A stretch of 32,000 nt of DNA from Candidatus Saccharimonadota bacterium (GTDB lineage: Bacteria > Pseudomonadota > Gammaproteobacteria > Enterobacterales > Enterobacteriaceae). The stretch is taken from NCBI RefSeq assembly GCF_014857065.1, contig NZ_CP046533.1, forward strand, positions 600,001 to 632,000, written 5' to 3'. The notes under the pieces were generated by a model, which did no database searches, was not told the DNA's origin, and saw only the letters and a program-made list of their open reading frames with translations. The position numbers and the translations under genes are program-made. The number at the start of each line of letters is the position of its first letter. Position 1 is the first letter of the stretch. Below, one piece after another: positions 10,765 to 20,524 of this stretch.

Positions 10765-11757
10765 ATGATTGATACATTTTATTTAGTTTTATTAATTGTT
10801 ATATTTGTTACAGGTTTTTTGTGGTGTTGTAAGTGCCTGAAGTTATTTTCTTATTTTGGTTATTTTATCAAAAAAAAATACTATAATTTTTATGATTCAA
10901 ACAAAGAAAGAAATATCTGGATTAAGAGAATAATTGTTTTTTTTTCTAATTTTTTAAAAGTAAGCGTTGAAATATTTCCTGTATTGTTGTTTGTATTTGT
11001 ATTTCGTTCATTTTTTTTTGAACCTTTTCAAATACCGTCCGGGTCAATGATGCCAACCCTTTTAATCGGGGATTTTATTTTAGTTAAAAAATTTTCGTAT
11101 GGTATAAAAAATCCTGTTAATCAAAATATCTTGTTTTCTATTGTGCAGCCTAAACGTGGAGACATAGTAGTTTTTAAATATCCGTTAAATCCAAAGTTAA
11201 ATTATATTAAAAGAGTAATCGGTTTGCCAGGTGATAAAATTATTTATAATACATTCACTAAACATGTTACTGTTTATCCCAATTGTGCTGTTCAATCTGC
11301 TTGTTCGTTTATGTTTCCTGCTGTATATACTAATATTTTATTCAGTGAATTTGTTCAAGTTTTTCATGCTACTGGTTCTGGAGGAATTCGTAGTAATTTT
11401 TTTAGAGTGCCTATGGGTCAATCTTTGGTTAATGGAATTAGATTAATTCAAAGTATAGAATCGTTAGATAATGTTAGTTATAATATTCTAACTATGACAG
11501 TACCTAATAATCAAGGATCAAGTATAAATGATAAGAAGAATTATAATGATAATGTTTTATGTGAATGGTACGTCCCTGAAGGTAAATATTTTATGATGGG
11601 AGATAATCGTGATAATAGCGCAGATAGTCGTTATTGGGGTTTTGTTCCAGAAAAAAATATAATAGGTAAGGCTGTAGTTATATGGATGAGTTTTGAAAAA
11701 CAAGAAGATAAATGGCCTACTGGTATACGATTGCATCGTATTGGTGCCATTCATTAA
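10765..11757 (+). CDS. lepB: Signal peptidase I
   Basis: 330 aa with two N-terminal TM segments. It has the catalytic Ser box SGSMMPTL, the Lys box YIKRVIGLPGD, and GDNRDNSADSRYWGFV. It lies immediately downstream of lepA. Confidence 0.96.
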   Translation: MIDTFYLVLLIVIFVTGFLWCCKCLKLFSYFGYFIKKKYYNFYDSNKERNIWIKRIIVFFSNFLKVSVEIFPVLLFVFVFRSFFFEPFQIPSGSMMPTLLIGDFILVKKFSYGIKNPVNQNILFSIVQPKRGDIVVFKYPLNPKLNYIKRVIGLPGDKIIYNTFTKHVTVYPNCAVQSACSFMFPAVYTNILFSEFVQVFHATGSGGIRSNFFRVPMGQSLVNGIRLIQSIESLDNVSYNILTMTVPNNQGSSINDKKNYNDNVLCEWYVPEGKYFMMGDNRDNSADSRYWGFVPEKNIIGKAVVIWMSFEKQEDKWPTGIRLHRIGAIH

Positions 11758-11914
11758 CTTGTGTTAACAGTATTTTAACTAAGTTTATTCTATATCTATA
11801 GATGAGATTAATATGATTATTATAGCTCATGCATATTAGAGTGAGTTTTAAATTTTGTGGATATTATATTTAACATTTTACTTCTAAATTAATAATTTGA
11901 AATATATAAATTAT

Positions 11915-12583
11915 ATGTTAATTAATAAACTTCAAGAAAAAATAGGTTATATTTTTAATAGTCGTGAAATTTTGATTCAAGCATTAACTCATCGTAGTGC
12001 TAGTCAAAGTCATAATGAAAGATTAGAATTTTTAGGGGATTCCATATTAAGTTATGCGATATCTAATGCTTTATATCATAAATTTCCTTATGTTGATGAG
12101 GGTGTGCTGAGCAGAATACGAGCAACTTTAGTAAGAAAAAATACTTTAGCAGAGATAGCACAGGAATTTAATTTAGGACAGTACCTTCGTTTAGGGTTAG
12201 GTGAATTAAAAAATGGTGGATTTTTGCGTGAATCTATTTTAGCTAATGCTATTGAAGCATTGATGGGTAGTATTTTTTTGGATAGTAATATTCAAATAAC
12301 AGAAAAGTTAATTCTAAAATGGTATGATAGACGTTTGAGAAGAATAAATTTAGATAATAAACATAAAGATCCGAAAACTTGTTTACAAGAATTTATGCAA
12401 GGTCTTCATTTACCATTGCCTGTCTATTCAGTAATTCAGGTCACCGGTGAATCTCATAATCAAAAGTTTACTATACATTGTCAAATTAAAAATTTAAATT
12501 ACCCAATTATTGGTAATGGTTTTAGCCGTCAAAAGGCAGAACAAGATGCAGCAAACAAAGCGTTAAGGATATTAGAATTTTGA
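11915..12583 (+). CDS. rnc: Ribonuclease III
   Basis: Collinear with E. coli RNase III, with the signature [13 protein letters not shown] and a C-terminal dsRBD (..QKAEQ.AA..AL). The ORF opens at TTG 11897, but the ATG at 11915 fits the E. coli N-terminus better. The stop TGA abuts the era ATG. Confidence 0.93.
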   Translation: MLINKLQEKIGYIFNSREILIQALTHRSASQSHNERLEFLGDSILSYAISNALYHKFPYVDEGVLSRIRATLVRKNTLAEIAQEFNLGQYLRLGLGELKNGGFLRESILANAIEALMGSIFLDSNIQITEKLILKWYDRRLRRINLDNKHKDPKTCLQEFMQGLHLPLPVYSVIQVTGESHNQKFTIHCQIKNLNYPIIGNGFSRQKAEQDAANKALRILEF

Positions 12584-13513
12584 ATGATTAAAAAAAATAC
12601 TTATTGTGGTTTAGTAGAAATAATTGGGCGTTCAAATGTTGGTAAGTCCACTTTGTTTAATAAATTAATTGGTAAGAAATTATCAATAGTTTCACATAAA
12701 TTGCGAACTACATGGCATCCTATCATTGGAGTTTATACATCGGGAGAATATCAAATTATTTATAAAGATAATCCTGGAATAGTTAGTAACTCCAAAAGAT
12801 ATTTATTCCATGAATTATCAAATAGGAATCCGAATTTTTTTTTGAGAAAACAAAGTGCTACATTAATTATTTTTGTATTGGAAAATATAATCTGGAATTA
12901 TACAGATCAAATAGTATTGGATAAATTAAAATTACAGAATTTTCAACTCCCTGTTTTGTTATTAATTAATAAAATAGATGAGCTTTGTGATAAAAAGGTT
13001 TTATTGCCTTATATACGAGCTCTTAGTAAATTAATGGATTTTTATGATGTTTTACCCATGAGCGCTAAGGATCCTGATGATTTAATTAAGTTAATCAATA
13101 TTATCAAAAATGTTTTGCCTGTATCTGAACATCAAGTACATAGTGATTTTGTTACTGATTGTTCTGAACGTTTTTTAGTTTCAGAAGTTATACGTGAAAA
13201 ATTACTTTGGTTTTTAGATAAAGAATTACCTTATTTTATTAAAATTAATGTAGAACAATTTATTAAATATCCATCACATGGTTATGAAATTTTTGTATTT
13301 GTTTTTGTGAAACGTGATTCTCAAAAAAGAATACTTATTGGCAAAAAAGGTTGTAAAATAAAAAAGATTGGTATTTCTGCTAGAAAAAATTTAGAATATA
13401 TATTTAAAACAGAAGTTCATCTTAATTTATGGGTCAAAACTAAACCTGAGGAGTTTTGTAATGATGCGATGTTTTTTGTACCTAATACTTTAGATGGCAT
13501 AAGCAAAATTTAA
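12584..13513 (+). CDS. era: GTPase Era
   Basis: 309 aa. It has G1 GRSNVGKST, G2 TT, G3 DNPG (DTPG in E. coli) and G4 NKID, plus a C-terminal KH domain (KRILIGKKG..IK.IG). The rnc-era linkage is kept. Confidence 0.95.
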   Translation: MIKKNTYCGLVEIIGRSNVGKSTLFNKLIGKKLSIVSHKLRTTWHPIIGVYTSGEYQIIYKDNPGIVSNSKRYLFHELSNRNPNFFLRKQSATLIIFVLENIIWNYTDQIVLDKLKLQNFQLPVLLLINKIDELCDKKVLLPYIRALSKLMDFYDVLPMSAKDPDDLIKLINIIKNVLPVSEHQVHSDFVTDCSERFLVSEVIREKLLWFLDKELPYFIKINVEQFIKYPSHGYEIFVFVFVKRDSQKRILIGKKGCKIKKIGISARKNLEYIFKTEVHLNLWVKTKPEEFCNDAMFFVPNTLDGISKI

Positions 13514-13685
13514 CGGTTATTTATATAATTTTCTACTAAATAAGTATTTGAATTAAATTTGTATATAAACATATTTACTATTGTTTTTTATAGATTTATT
13601 ATACTCAATTTGTTATGTGGTTTATTCAGTTTATTATTTTAAAATTGTTTAAGTTGTGATTTTGGCATTTGCAGGATATTTTCTC

Positions 13686-14423
13686 ATGAAACCTGTTGTA
13701 AGATTAGGCGTAAATATAGATCATGTTGCTACAATTCGTCAGGCACGAGGTGTAAGTTGGCCAGATCCGATTCAGGCAGCTTTTATAGCTGAACAGTCTG
13801 GAGCTGATAGTATTACAGTGCATTTACGTGAAGATCGTAGACATATTAATGATCGGGATGTGTATTTGTTGCGTAAAACTATACAAACTTTTATGAATTT
13901 AGAAATGTCTGCAACAGAGGAGATGGTGAATTTTGCTTGTCAGTTAAAGCCTTATTCTTGTTGTTTAGTTCCTGAAAAACGTGAAGAGATTACTACTGAA
14001 AATGGTTTGGACGTAATTTCTAATAAATATAAATTACGTCAAGCACTTGTTAAGTTGGGTGACTCCGGTATTAAGCCTTCATTATTTATTAATTCAGATT
14101 ATGAACAAATTGCTGCCGCTATTGATATAGGTGCTTCTTGTATAGAAATACATACTGGTGTCTATTCTAGGTGTATAGATGAATATGAACGTATTTCAGA
14201 ATTTGAACGTATTAAAAATGGAGTGCTTTATGCTTCAAAGCATGGTCTTAGAGTTAATGCTGGACATGGTCTTGATTATCATAATGTGGGATTGATTGCA
14301 TCATTATCGTTCATTAGAGAGTTAAATATAGGTCATGCTATTATTAGTAGATCAATTTTCTGCGGCCTATCCCAAGCAGTAAAAGATATGAAAAATTTGA
14401 TTTTAGAAGCTCAAAAAAAATGA
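13686..14423 (+). CDS. pdxJ: Pyridoxine 5'-phosphate synthase
   Basis: LGVNIDHVATIRQARG, HLREDRRHI, IEIHTG and NAGHGL.YHNV match PdxJ. The ORF opens at GTG 13656, but the ATG at 13686 aligns with the E. coli start. Confidence 0.94.
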   Translation: MKPVVRLGVNIDHVATIRQARGVSWPDPIQAAFIAEQSGADSITVHLREDRRHINDRDVYLLRKTIQTFMNLEMSATEEMVNFACQLKPYSCCLVPEKREEITTENGLDVISNKYKLRQALVKLGDSGIKPSLFINSDYEQIAAAIDIGASCIEIHTGVYSRCIDEYERISEFERIKNGVLYASKHGLRVNAGHGLDYHNVGLIASLSFIRELNIGHAIISRSIFCGLSQAVKDMKNLILEAQKK

Positions 14424-14800
14424 CTATTTATGGAATGGGTATTGATATTATTGAAATTAATCGTATTAAATTAATAGTTGCTCGTACAGGTGATCGTTTA
14501 GCTAGTCGTATTCTTACTAAGATAGAGTGGCAAAAATATAAGAGTAGTAAATTTCCAATTCGTTTTTTAGCAAAGCGTTTTGCTGCAAAAGAAGCGGCGG
14601 CCAAGGCTTTTGGTTATGGTGTGAGTTATGGGTTAGCATATAATCAATTTGAAATAATAAATGATAAATTTGGCAAACCAATGTTACATTTTTTTTTAAA
14701 TGCAGCAATTTTAATTGAAAATTTATGTATTTTAAAGATGCACATTTCTCTTACTGATGACAAATGTTATGCTTGTGCAGTAGTGATTTTTGAGAAATAG
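14420..14800 (+). CDS. acpS: Holo-[acyl-carrier-protein] synthase
   Basis: 126 aa, the same length as E. coli AcpS, with G.D..EI.RI and RFLAKRFA.KEAAAKAFG. There is a 4-nt ATGA overlap with the pdxJ stop. Confidence 0.94.
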   Translation: MTIYGMGIDIIEINRIKLIVARTGDRLASRILTKIEWQKYKSSKFPIRFLAKRFAAKEAAAKAFGYGVSYGLAYNQFEIINDKFGKPMLHFFLNAAILIENLCILKMHISLTDDKCYACAVVIFEK

Positions 14801-15050
14801 CATTTTGATCATGTGTTTTATCTTGGGTTATATTGATTTGTTAATTGGGTTTTGTGTGTTCATTTTTTGTATCTTTTTAGTATTTTATCTTTGATTAATG
14901 TTTTTGTTATTATCATTTTAATCTTATTTATAAGTTGATATGACTAAATATATTAGTTGTATTTAAAACACATTCTCATGAATTCCTCGTTATTATTTTA
15001 TTAATTATTTGTGACTCAAATTCCTTAAACTGAAATTATTAGATAATAAT

Positions 15051-15545
15051 ATGAAGAGTAGATGTATGAAAATTGATGATGATTTCTGGATGTTTTATGC
15101 ATTGTCTTTAGCAAAATTTGCTGGTAGTATAGGTGAGGTCGCAATTGGCGCTGTTTTGGTATTAAATAATAAAGTAGTTGGAGAAGGGTACAATAATCCT
15201 ATAGGAGCTCAAGATCCTACAGCACATGCGGAAATTGTGGCGTTGCGTAGAGGAAGTAACGTATTAAAAAATTATCGATTATTACGTACAACACTTTATG
15301 TAACATTGGAACCTTGTATTATGTGTGTTGGAGCAATAATAAATGCTCGTATTAGTCGATTAGTATTTGGAGCTAAAAATAATAAGAAATTTAGTGCTGT
15401 GGATTCTTTGTTATCCGATCCTAAAGTTAAGCATCGTGTTGTAATTACTTCTGGTGTTTTGAGTAACTTATGTTCCAAGGAGATTATTAATTTTTTTAAA
15501 AATCGTCGGAGAACACAAAATGTATATTCTGGTGAATTTTTATAG
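15051..15545 (+). CDS. tadA: tRNA-specific adenosine deaminase
   Basis: 164 aa. The deaminase zinc motifs HAE and PCIMC are present, and the surrounding sequence (GAVLV.NN...GEG.N.PIG..DPTAHAEI.ALR, LYVTLEPC.MC.GA) matches TadA. Confidence 0.94.
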   Translation: MKSRCMKIDDDFWMFYALSLAKFAGSIGEVAIGAVLVLNNKVVGEGYNNPIGAQDPTAHAEIVALRRGSNVLKNYRLLRTTLYVTLEPCIMCVGAIINARISRLVFGAKNNKKFSAVDSLLSDPKVKHRVVITSGVLSNLCSKEIINFFKNRRRTQNVYSGEFL

Positions 15546-15666
15546 TTTTCTTACATACAAGTTTTATTATTAATATTAATATTAATAATATATTAATATT
15601 TATGTTATTAATTGCTATTACTTTATCTAGATTAATGTTTTATTTCGTGATGAGGATTATAAAATA

Positions 15667-16920
15667 ATGTTATTTAATAAAATGAGTATTATGGATTATG
15701 ATATTGAATTATGGGGAATTATGAAAAAAGAAATTTCTCGTCAAAATCAACATATTGAATTAATTGCATCTGAAAATTATGCTAGTGTTTCTGTAATGCA
15801 AGCGCAAGGATCGTTATTAACTAATAAATATGCTGAAGGATATCCTGGTCATCGTTATTATGGTGGTTGCGAATTTGTTGATGAAATAGAACAATTAGGT
15901 ATTGATCGTGCAAAAATCTTATTTAGAGCTGATTATGCTAACTTACAGCCACATTCTGGATCCCAAGCCAACTATGCTGTTTATTCTGCTTTATTACAAC
16001 CAGGAGATATAATTTTGGGAATGAAATTATCTCATGGGGGACATTTGACTCATGGTTCTTCTGCAAATTTTTCTGGAAAATTATACAAAGCAATTTCATA
16101 TGGAGTAGATGATCGCGGTTGTATTGATTATTTATTATTGTCTAATTTGGCTAAGAATTATCATCCTAAATTAATTGTAGCTGGTTTTTCAGCTTATTCA
16201 GGAATAATTGATTGGATAAAAATGAGAGAAATTGCTGATAGTGTAGGATCTTATCTATTTGTAGATATGGCGCATATAGCAGGCCTTGTTGCTGCTGATC
16301 TTTATCCTAATCCAATTCCCTACGCTCATGTGGTTACTGCTACTACACATAAAACTCTAGCCGGTCCACGCGGTGGTTTAATTCTAGCTTTTGGTGGAAC
16401 TAAAGAATTTTATAAAAAGTTAGATGCTTCAGTATTTCCCGGTAGTCAGGGTGGTCCATTAATGCATGTTATTGCTGCAAAAGCAATTGCTTTTAAAGAA
16501 GCAATGCAGCCTTCTTTCAAAAAGTATCAGCGTCAGGTTATTAATAATGCTAAAGCAATGTCAGGTGTTTTTATTCAGCGTGGGTTGAAAGTAGTTTCTG
16601 GCGGCACTAATAATCATCTTTTTTTAGTTGATTTGATTAATAAGAATCTTACTGGGTTGAAAGTTAGTGAAACTTTAGTTAAAGCTAATATTGTTGTAAA
16701 TAAAAATAGTATTCCTAATGATTTGATAAGCCCGTTTATTTCTTCTGGTATACGAATAGGAACTCCAGCGGTAACGCGTCGTGGTTTTAATGAGTGTGAT
16801 GTACGTGAAGTAGCGAATTGGATTTGTGATATTTTAGATGATATTGATGATTGTTCGATGATTTATTCTGTTAAAGATAAAGCTTTAGATCTTTGCTCTC
16901 GTTATCCTTTGTATGTTTGA
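15667..16920 (+). CDS. glyA: Serine hydroxymethyltransferase
   Basis: 417 aa, the same length as the E. coli protein. It is collinear throughout and includes the PLP-lysine box [13 protein letters not shown]. Confidence 0.97.
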   Translation: MLFNKMSIMDYDIELWGIMKKEISRQNQHIELIASENYASVSVMQAQGSLLTNKYAEGYPGHRYYGGCEFVDEIEQLGIDRAKILFRADYANLQPHSGSQANYAVYSALLQPGDIILGMKLSHGGHLTHGSSANFSGKLYKAISYGVDDRGCIDYLLLSNLAKNYHPKLIVAGFSAYSGIIDWIKMREIADSVGSYLFVDMAHIAGLVAADLYPNPIPYAHVVTATTHKTLAGPRGGLILAFGGTKEFYKKLDASVFPGSQGGPLMHVIAAKAIAFKEAMQPSFKKYQRQVINNAKAMSGVFIQRGLKVVSGGTNNHLFLVDLINKNLTGLKVSETLVKANIVVNKNSIPNDLISPFISSGIRIGTPAVTRRGFNECDVREVANWICDILDDIDDCSMIYSVKDKALDLCSRYPLYV

Positions 16921-17220
16921 TTAATTTTTATTTATAATGTTTCATTTTTTTGAGATAGTATGAAATTAATCGGTAATCATATATATCTTAAATGTTGTTT
17001 TATATTTTATTTTAAAATGTTATTTTTATTAAGAATTTGATCTTGATTTGCGTTGTTTATGTTTTTATTTTTAGGTTTTTGTTTTTGAGTTTAATTTTTT
17101 TGTTGAATGATTAGTATTTGAATTTAAGTTACTTCAGTATATAGTTGATAGTTTTCTGTACTGAATAGAAATTGAGTATGATCATAATGCTTAAATGATG
17201 TTTATGAAAATGGTGTTTTA

Positions 17221-18006
17221 TTAATTTAAATAAATTCGAGTAAATGAAATAATTTCTTTTGTTATTTTTGTATTACCTGCGATTACATTTCCGGATTTTA
17301 AATAATTTTGATCACCAATTAAATCACTAATTAATCCTCCTGATTCTTTAATTATCAAGGATCCTCCAGCTAAATTATATGGGTGTATACCAGTTGCTAA
17401 TAAACCGTCTACACGTCCAACTGCAACGTATGCTAGATCTAATAGAGGGGAACCAGTATATCGAAAATCTTTACATTTAACGTACAATTTCTTTAAAAGA
17501 TCATCAGGGATTTGTTTTTTTATTTTTTTATTTAAAAAAATTGCTAATATAGCGTTATTTAATTTTGTATTCATGCTACATCTTGATCTATAACTATTTA
17601 ATTGTGCTCCACGCCCCCTACTTGCACTAAATATTTCGTTGCGTATAGGATCATAAGTTACAACAATTTCTATTTGTCCTTTTATCCTAATAGTAATAGA
17701 TATTGCAAAATGAGGAAATTGTTTGATAAAATTATCTACACTATTTAAAGGATCAATGATCCATTCTATACTATTGTTTGCTTGAGTAAAATCACAATTA
17801 TCTTTGTTGGTAATAAAGATGTGAGCGGGATATGATTCGCGAATTGTTTTAATTATTATTCTTTCTGTTGTTTTTTTAATATTTAGAATGTTATTTTTGT
17901 GTATATTTATCTTATGGCTTAAAGTATCTAATATTTCGTATTGTTTAATTATAAAATTTCCGGCTTTTCTTATAGCACGTGTGGCAATGTTAAGCATTGG
18001 GTGCAT
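17221..18006 (-). CDS. suhB: SuhB (inositol monophosphatase family / Nus-factor partner), with apparently non-catalytic active-site residues
   Basis: 261 aa. The N-terminus MHPMLNIA.RA.RKAGN and the motifs HFA.SI..RIKG, YDP.RNE.F.A.RG.GAQLN.YR, DLAYVA.GRVDG and NV.AGN match E. coli SuhB without gaps in the core. Several metal-binding positions are substituted (see findings). Confidence 0.93.
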   Translation of the reverse strand: MHPMLNIATRAIRKAGNFIIKQYEILDTLSHKINIHKNNILNIKKTTERIIIKTIRESYPAHIFITNKDNCDFTQANNSIEWIIDPLNSVDNFIKQFPHFAISITIRIKGQIEIVVTYDPIRNEIFSASRGRGAQLNSYRSRCSMNTKLNNAILAIFLNKKIKKQIPDDLLKKLYVKCKDFRYTGSPLLDLAYVAVGRVDGLLATGIHPYNLAGGSLIIKESGGLISDLIGDQNYLKSGNVIAGNTKITKEIISFTRIYLN

Positions 18007-18171
18007 CGAAATAATCCATGTAGTTTTATAGACGATTGACTTTGTCAGTATAACAGAATGAAAGTAGAAAGCCTATTTTAATTATTATTTATTAATGAAG
18101 TTTTATTTGTTAGATTGTTTTATTTGTTATTTTCATTATAAAATATTGTTTTATTTCTTATCTGTAGTTGT

Positions 18172-18203
18172 TTAAATACAAACTGGATTCAGTTTGTATT
18201 TAA
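18172..18203. repeat. Perfect 14-bp inverted repeat (stem-loop) in the suhB/iscS divergent spacer
   Basis: TTAAATACAAACTG (18172-18185), loop GATT, then CAGTTTGTATTTAA (18190-18203), read directly. There are no mismatches, and no U-tract on either strand. Confidence 0.9.
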
Positions 18204-18489
18204 TATTACGAAAGAATAATTATTTGCTATATAATGTCGGTTATATTTGTTTTATTAAAATTTCTAAAGATTTTTATGTAAATCAGTCGTTATTATGTTT
18301 TATCTAGATTATTTCTTTTTAGTTATATGTATTATATTTTAGATTTGATATATGTTAATAGATGCATTTGATGTTTTATTTACAAAAATTGTTTTTTATT
18401 TAATTAGTTTAAGATTAATTTATTGGGTTCAATAGGTTATATTTTGTTGTATGTAGAATTTTATTTTTATATACATAGTGGAGTTAATA

Positions 18490-19671
18490 ATGAAATTACC
18501 AATATATTTTGATTATGCTGCTACCACTCCAATGGATGGCAGAGTATTGGAAAAAATGAAAAAATATTTTACATTAGATGGTGTTTTTGGTAATCCAGCA
18601 TCTAGGTCACATTATTATGGTTGGCAAGCCGAGGAATCTGTTGATTTTGCGCGTAATCAGGTAGCCACCTTAATAGGTGCGGATTCACGTGAGATTATTT
18701 TTACTTCAGGAGCAACTGAATCAAATAATTTGGCAATTAAAGGGGTATCCGAGATTTTTTATAAGGATAAGAAGAAAAAATGTCACATCATCACCAGTCT
18801 AACTGAACATAAATCAGTTTTGGATACTTGTCAATATTTAGAAAATCAAGGTGTTAAAATTACACGTTTGATCCCGCAAAAAGATGGTTTGATATCTTTG
18901 AAAGATTTACATAATGCTTTTCGCGATGAGACTATCTTGGTATCAATTATGCATGTGAATAATGAAATTGGCGTTATTCAAAATATTAAGGAGATTGGTA
19001 ATTTATGTCATCGTTATAATATTTTATTCCACGTGGATGCTGCTCAAAGCGTTGGTAAATTATTTATTAATTTGGCATTTTTACCGGTGGATTTAATGTC
19101 TTTTAGCGCTCATAAAATTTATGGACCGAAGGGTATAGGTTGTTTGTATATACGCAGGAATTCAGCTGTTGTTGTTCGAACGCAAATACATGGTGGAGGA
19201 CATGAGCGTGGCATGCGATCTGGTACTTTGCCTGTACATCAGATTATAGGCATGGGTGAAGCATGCCATATTTTATTGAATGAAATGATGGTTGAGACAA
19301 CTCGTTTGCGTAAATTACAAAATTGTTTATGGAAAGAGCTTCGAAAAATTGATGGTATAACATTGAACGGGAATTTACAGTATATGATTCCGACTTTATT
19401 AAATATTAGTTTTTCTCAGTTTGATGGTCATTCATTAATTGCAACTTTGAAAGATATTGCAGTCTCGTCTGGTTCTGCTTGTATTTCTAGTAACCTTGAA
19501 CCTTCTTATGTATTAAAAGCATTAGGATTAAGCGATAGTTTAGCTTCTAGTTCAATTAGAATTTCGTTAGGAAGATTTACTACAAAAGAAGATATAGATT
19601 ATGCAATCCAACATATAAAAAATGCTGTTGCTAGTTTACGTGAAGTTAATAGTTTAAATTTATTTATTTAA
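18490..19671 (+). CDS. iscS: Cysteine desulfurase IscS
   Basis: Collinear with E. coli IscS from MKLPIY.DY. The PLP Lys box [11 protein letters not shown] and the catalytic Cys loop SSGSAC.S..LEPSYVL are present. The ORF opens at GTG 18478, but the ATG at 18490 is preceded by GGAG and matches the E. coli start. Confidence 0.95.
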   Translation: MKLPIYFDYAATTPMDGRVLEKMKKYFTLDGVFGNPASRSHYYGWQAEESVDFARNQVATLIGADSREIIFTSGATESNNLAIKGVSEIFYKDKKKKCHIITSLTEHKSVLDTCQYLENQGVKITRLIPQKDGLISLKDLHNAFRDETILVSIMHVNNEIGVIQNIKEIGNLCHRYNILFHVDAAQSVGKLFINLAFLPVDLMSFSAHKIYGPKGIGCLYIRRNSAVVVRTQIHGGGHERGMRSGTLPVHQIIGMGEACHILLNEMMVETTRLRKLQNCLWKELRKIDGITLNGNLQYMIPTLLNISFSQFDGHSLIATLKDIAVSSGSACISSNLEPSYVLKALGLSDSLASSSIRISLGRFTTKEDIDYAIQHIKNAVASLREVNSLNLFI

Positions 19672-20048
19672 AATTATTATGTAAGATAATTTTAAATAAA
19701 TTTTTTTTGATTTGTTAAATAACTGAATGTTTAAGTTTTAGTTATTTAATATGATTTTAATTGTAGTTAGTTCTTGACTGATATATATGTATTGGCCAAA
19801 CTATCTATTTGGATTGTTATGTTTTTGAATATTTATTTTAATTTAAAACTAGTCATCCTTTAATATAATAGTTTTATTCGTTAAAGATTAGTAATAGATT
19901 ATAAATATTGAATTTGGCTATATTATGAGTGTTATTTTGGAATTATTAGAATTGTTTATTATGATTTAGTTATTTTAGACAAGAGTATGTTTAATTAAAA
20001 TGCAATATTTATTTTTTGTAGTTTTGAGTGTTTAAATGAGGTATGTAG

Positions 20049-20483
20049 ATGAATATGAAAATAGAACGTACTTTTTCTATTATTAAACCTGATGCATTTT
20101 CTAAAAACATTGTTGGTAAGATCATTAGTCGTTTAGAAGATAATAATTTTGTCATTGTTGCTTTTAAAATGATATGGCTAACTTTAAAACAGGCTGAATA
20201 TTTTTACTTCGAACATAAATATAAGAGTTTTTTCAATAATTTAATTAATTTTATGATTTCTGGTCCGTTACTGGTACAAGTTTTAGAAGGAGAAGATATT
20301 ATAAGTCGTTATCGAAAGATAATAGGTAATACAGATCCAGCTAATGCATCTCTTGGTACTTTGCGTGCTGATTTTGCTGATAATATAATGCGAAACATAG
20401 TGCATGGTTCTGATTCTAAAGATTCTGCTGTACGAGAAATTTCTTATTTTTTTAGTGACATTGAAATTTATACTCGTAATTGA
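20049..20483 (+). CDS. ndk: Nucleoside diphosphate kinase
   Basis: 144 aa, with [12 protein letters not shown] and the catalytic His in N.VHGSDS. A second in-frame ATG at 20055 is an equally plausible start. Confidence 0.95.
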   Translation: MNMKIERTFSIIKPDAFSKNIVGKIISRLEDNNFVIVAFKMIWLTLKQAEYFYFEHKYKSFFNNLINFMISGPLLVQVLEGEDIISRYRKIIGNTDPANASLGTLRADFADNIMRNIVHGSDSKDSAVREISYFFSDIEIYTRN

Positions 20484-20524
20484 TAGTAAAATATATTAAT
20501 TGGTTAATTTTAAAGTTTATTTTA

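Noticed and set aside
11856-11864. DnaA-box-like TGTGGATAT (8/9 match to TGTGGATAA) between lepB and rnc.
   Set aside because: It is a single imperfect box with no cluster, no AT-rich 13-mers arranged as in oriC, and no flanking origin-associated genes. It is compatible with chance.
15566-15589. 24-bp perfect palindrome ATTATTAATATTAATATTAATAAT (about 3.5 copies of a TATTAA/ATTAAT hexamer) between tadA and glyA.
   Set aside because: It is a short A/T microsatellite whose unit is itself palindromic, so the long palindrome follows trivially from tandem repetition. There is no evidence of function, though copy-number variation between strains is possible.
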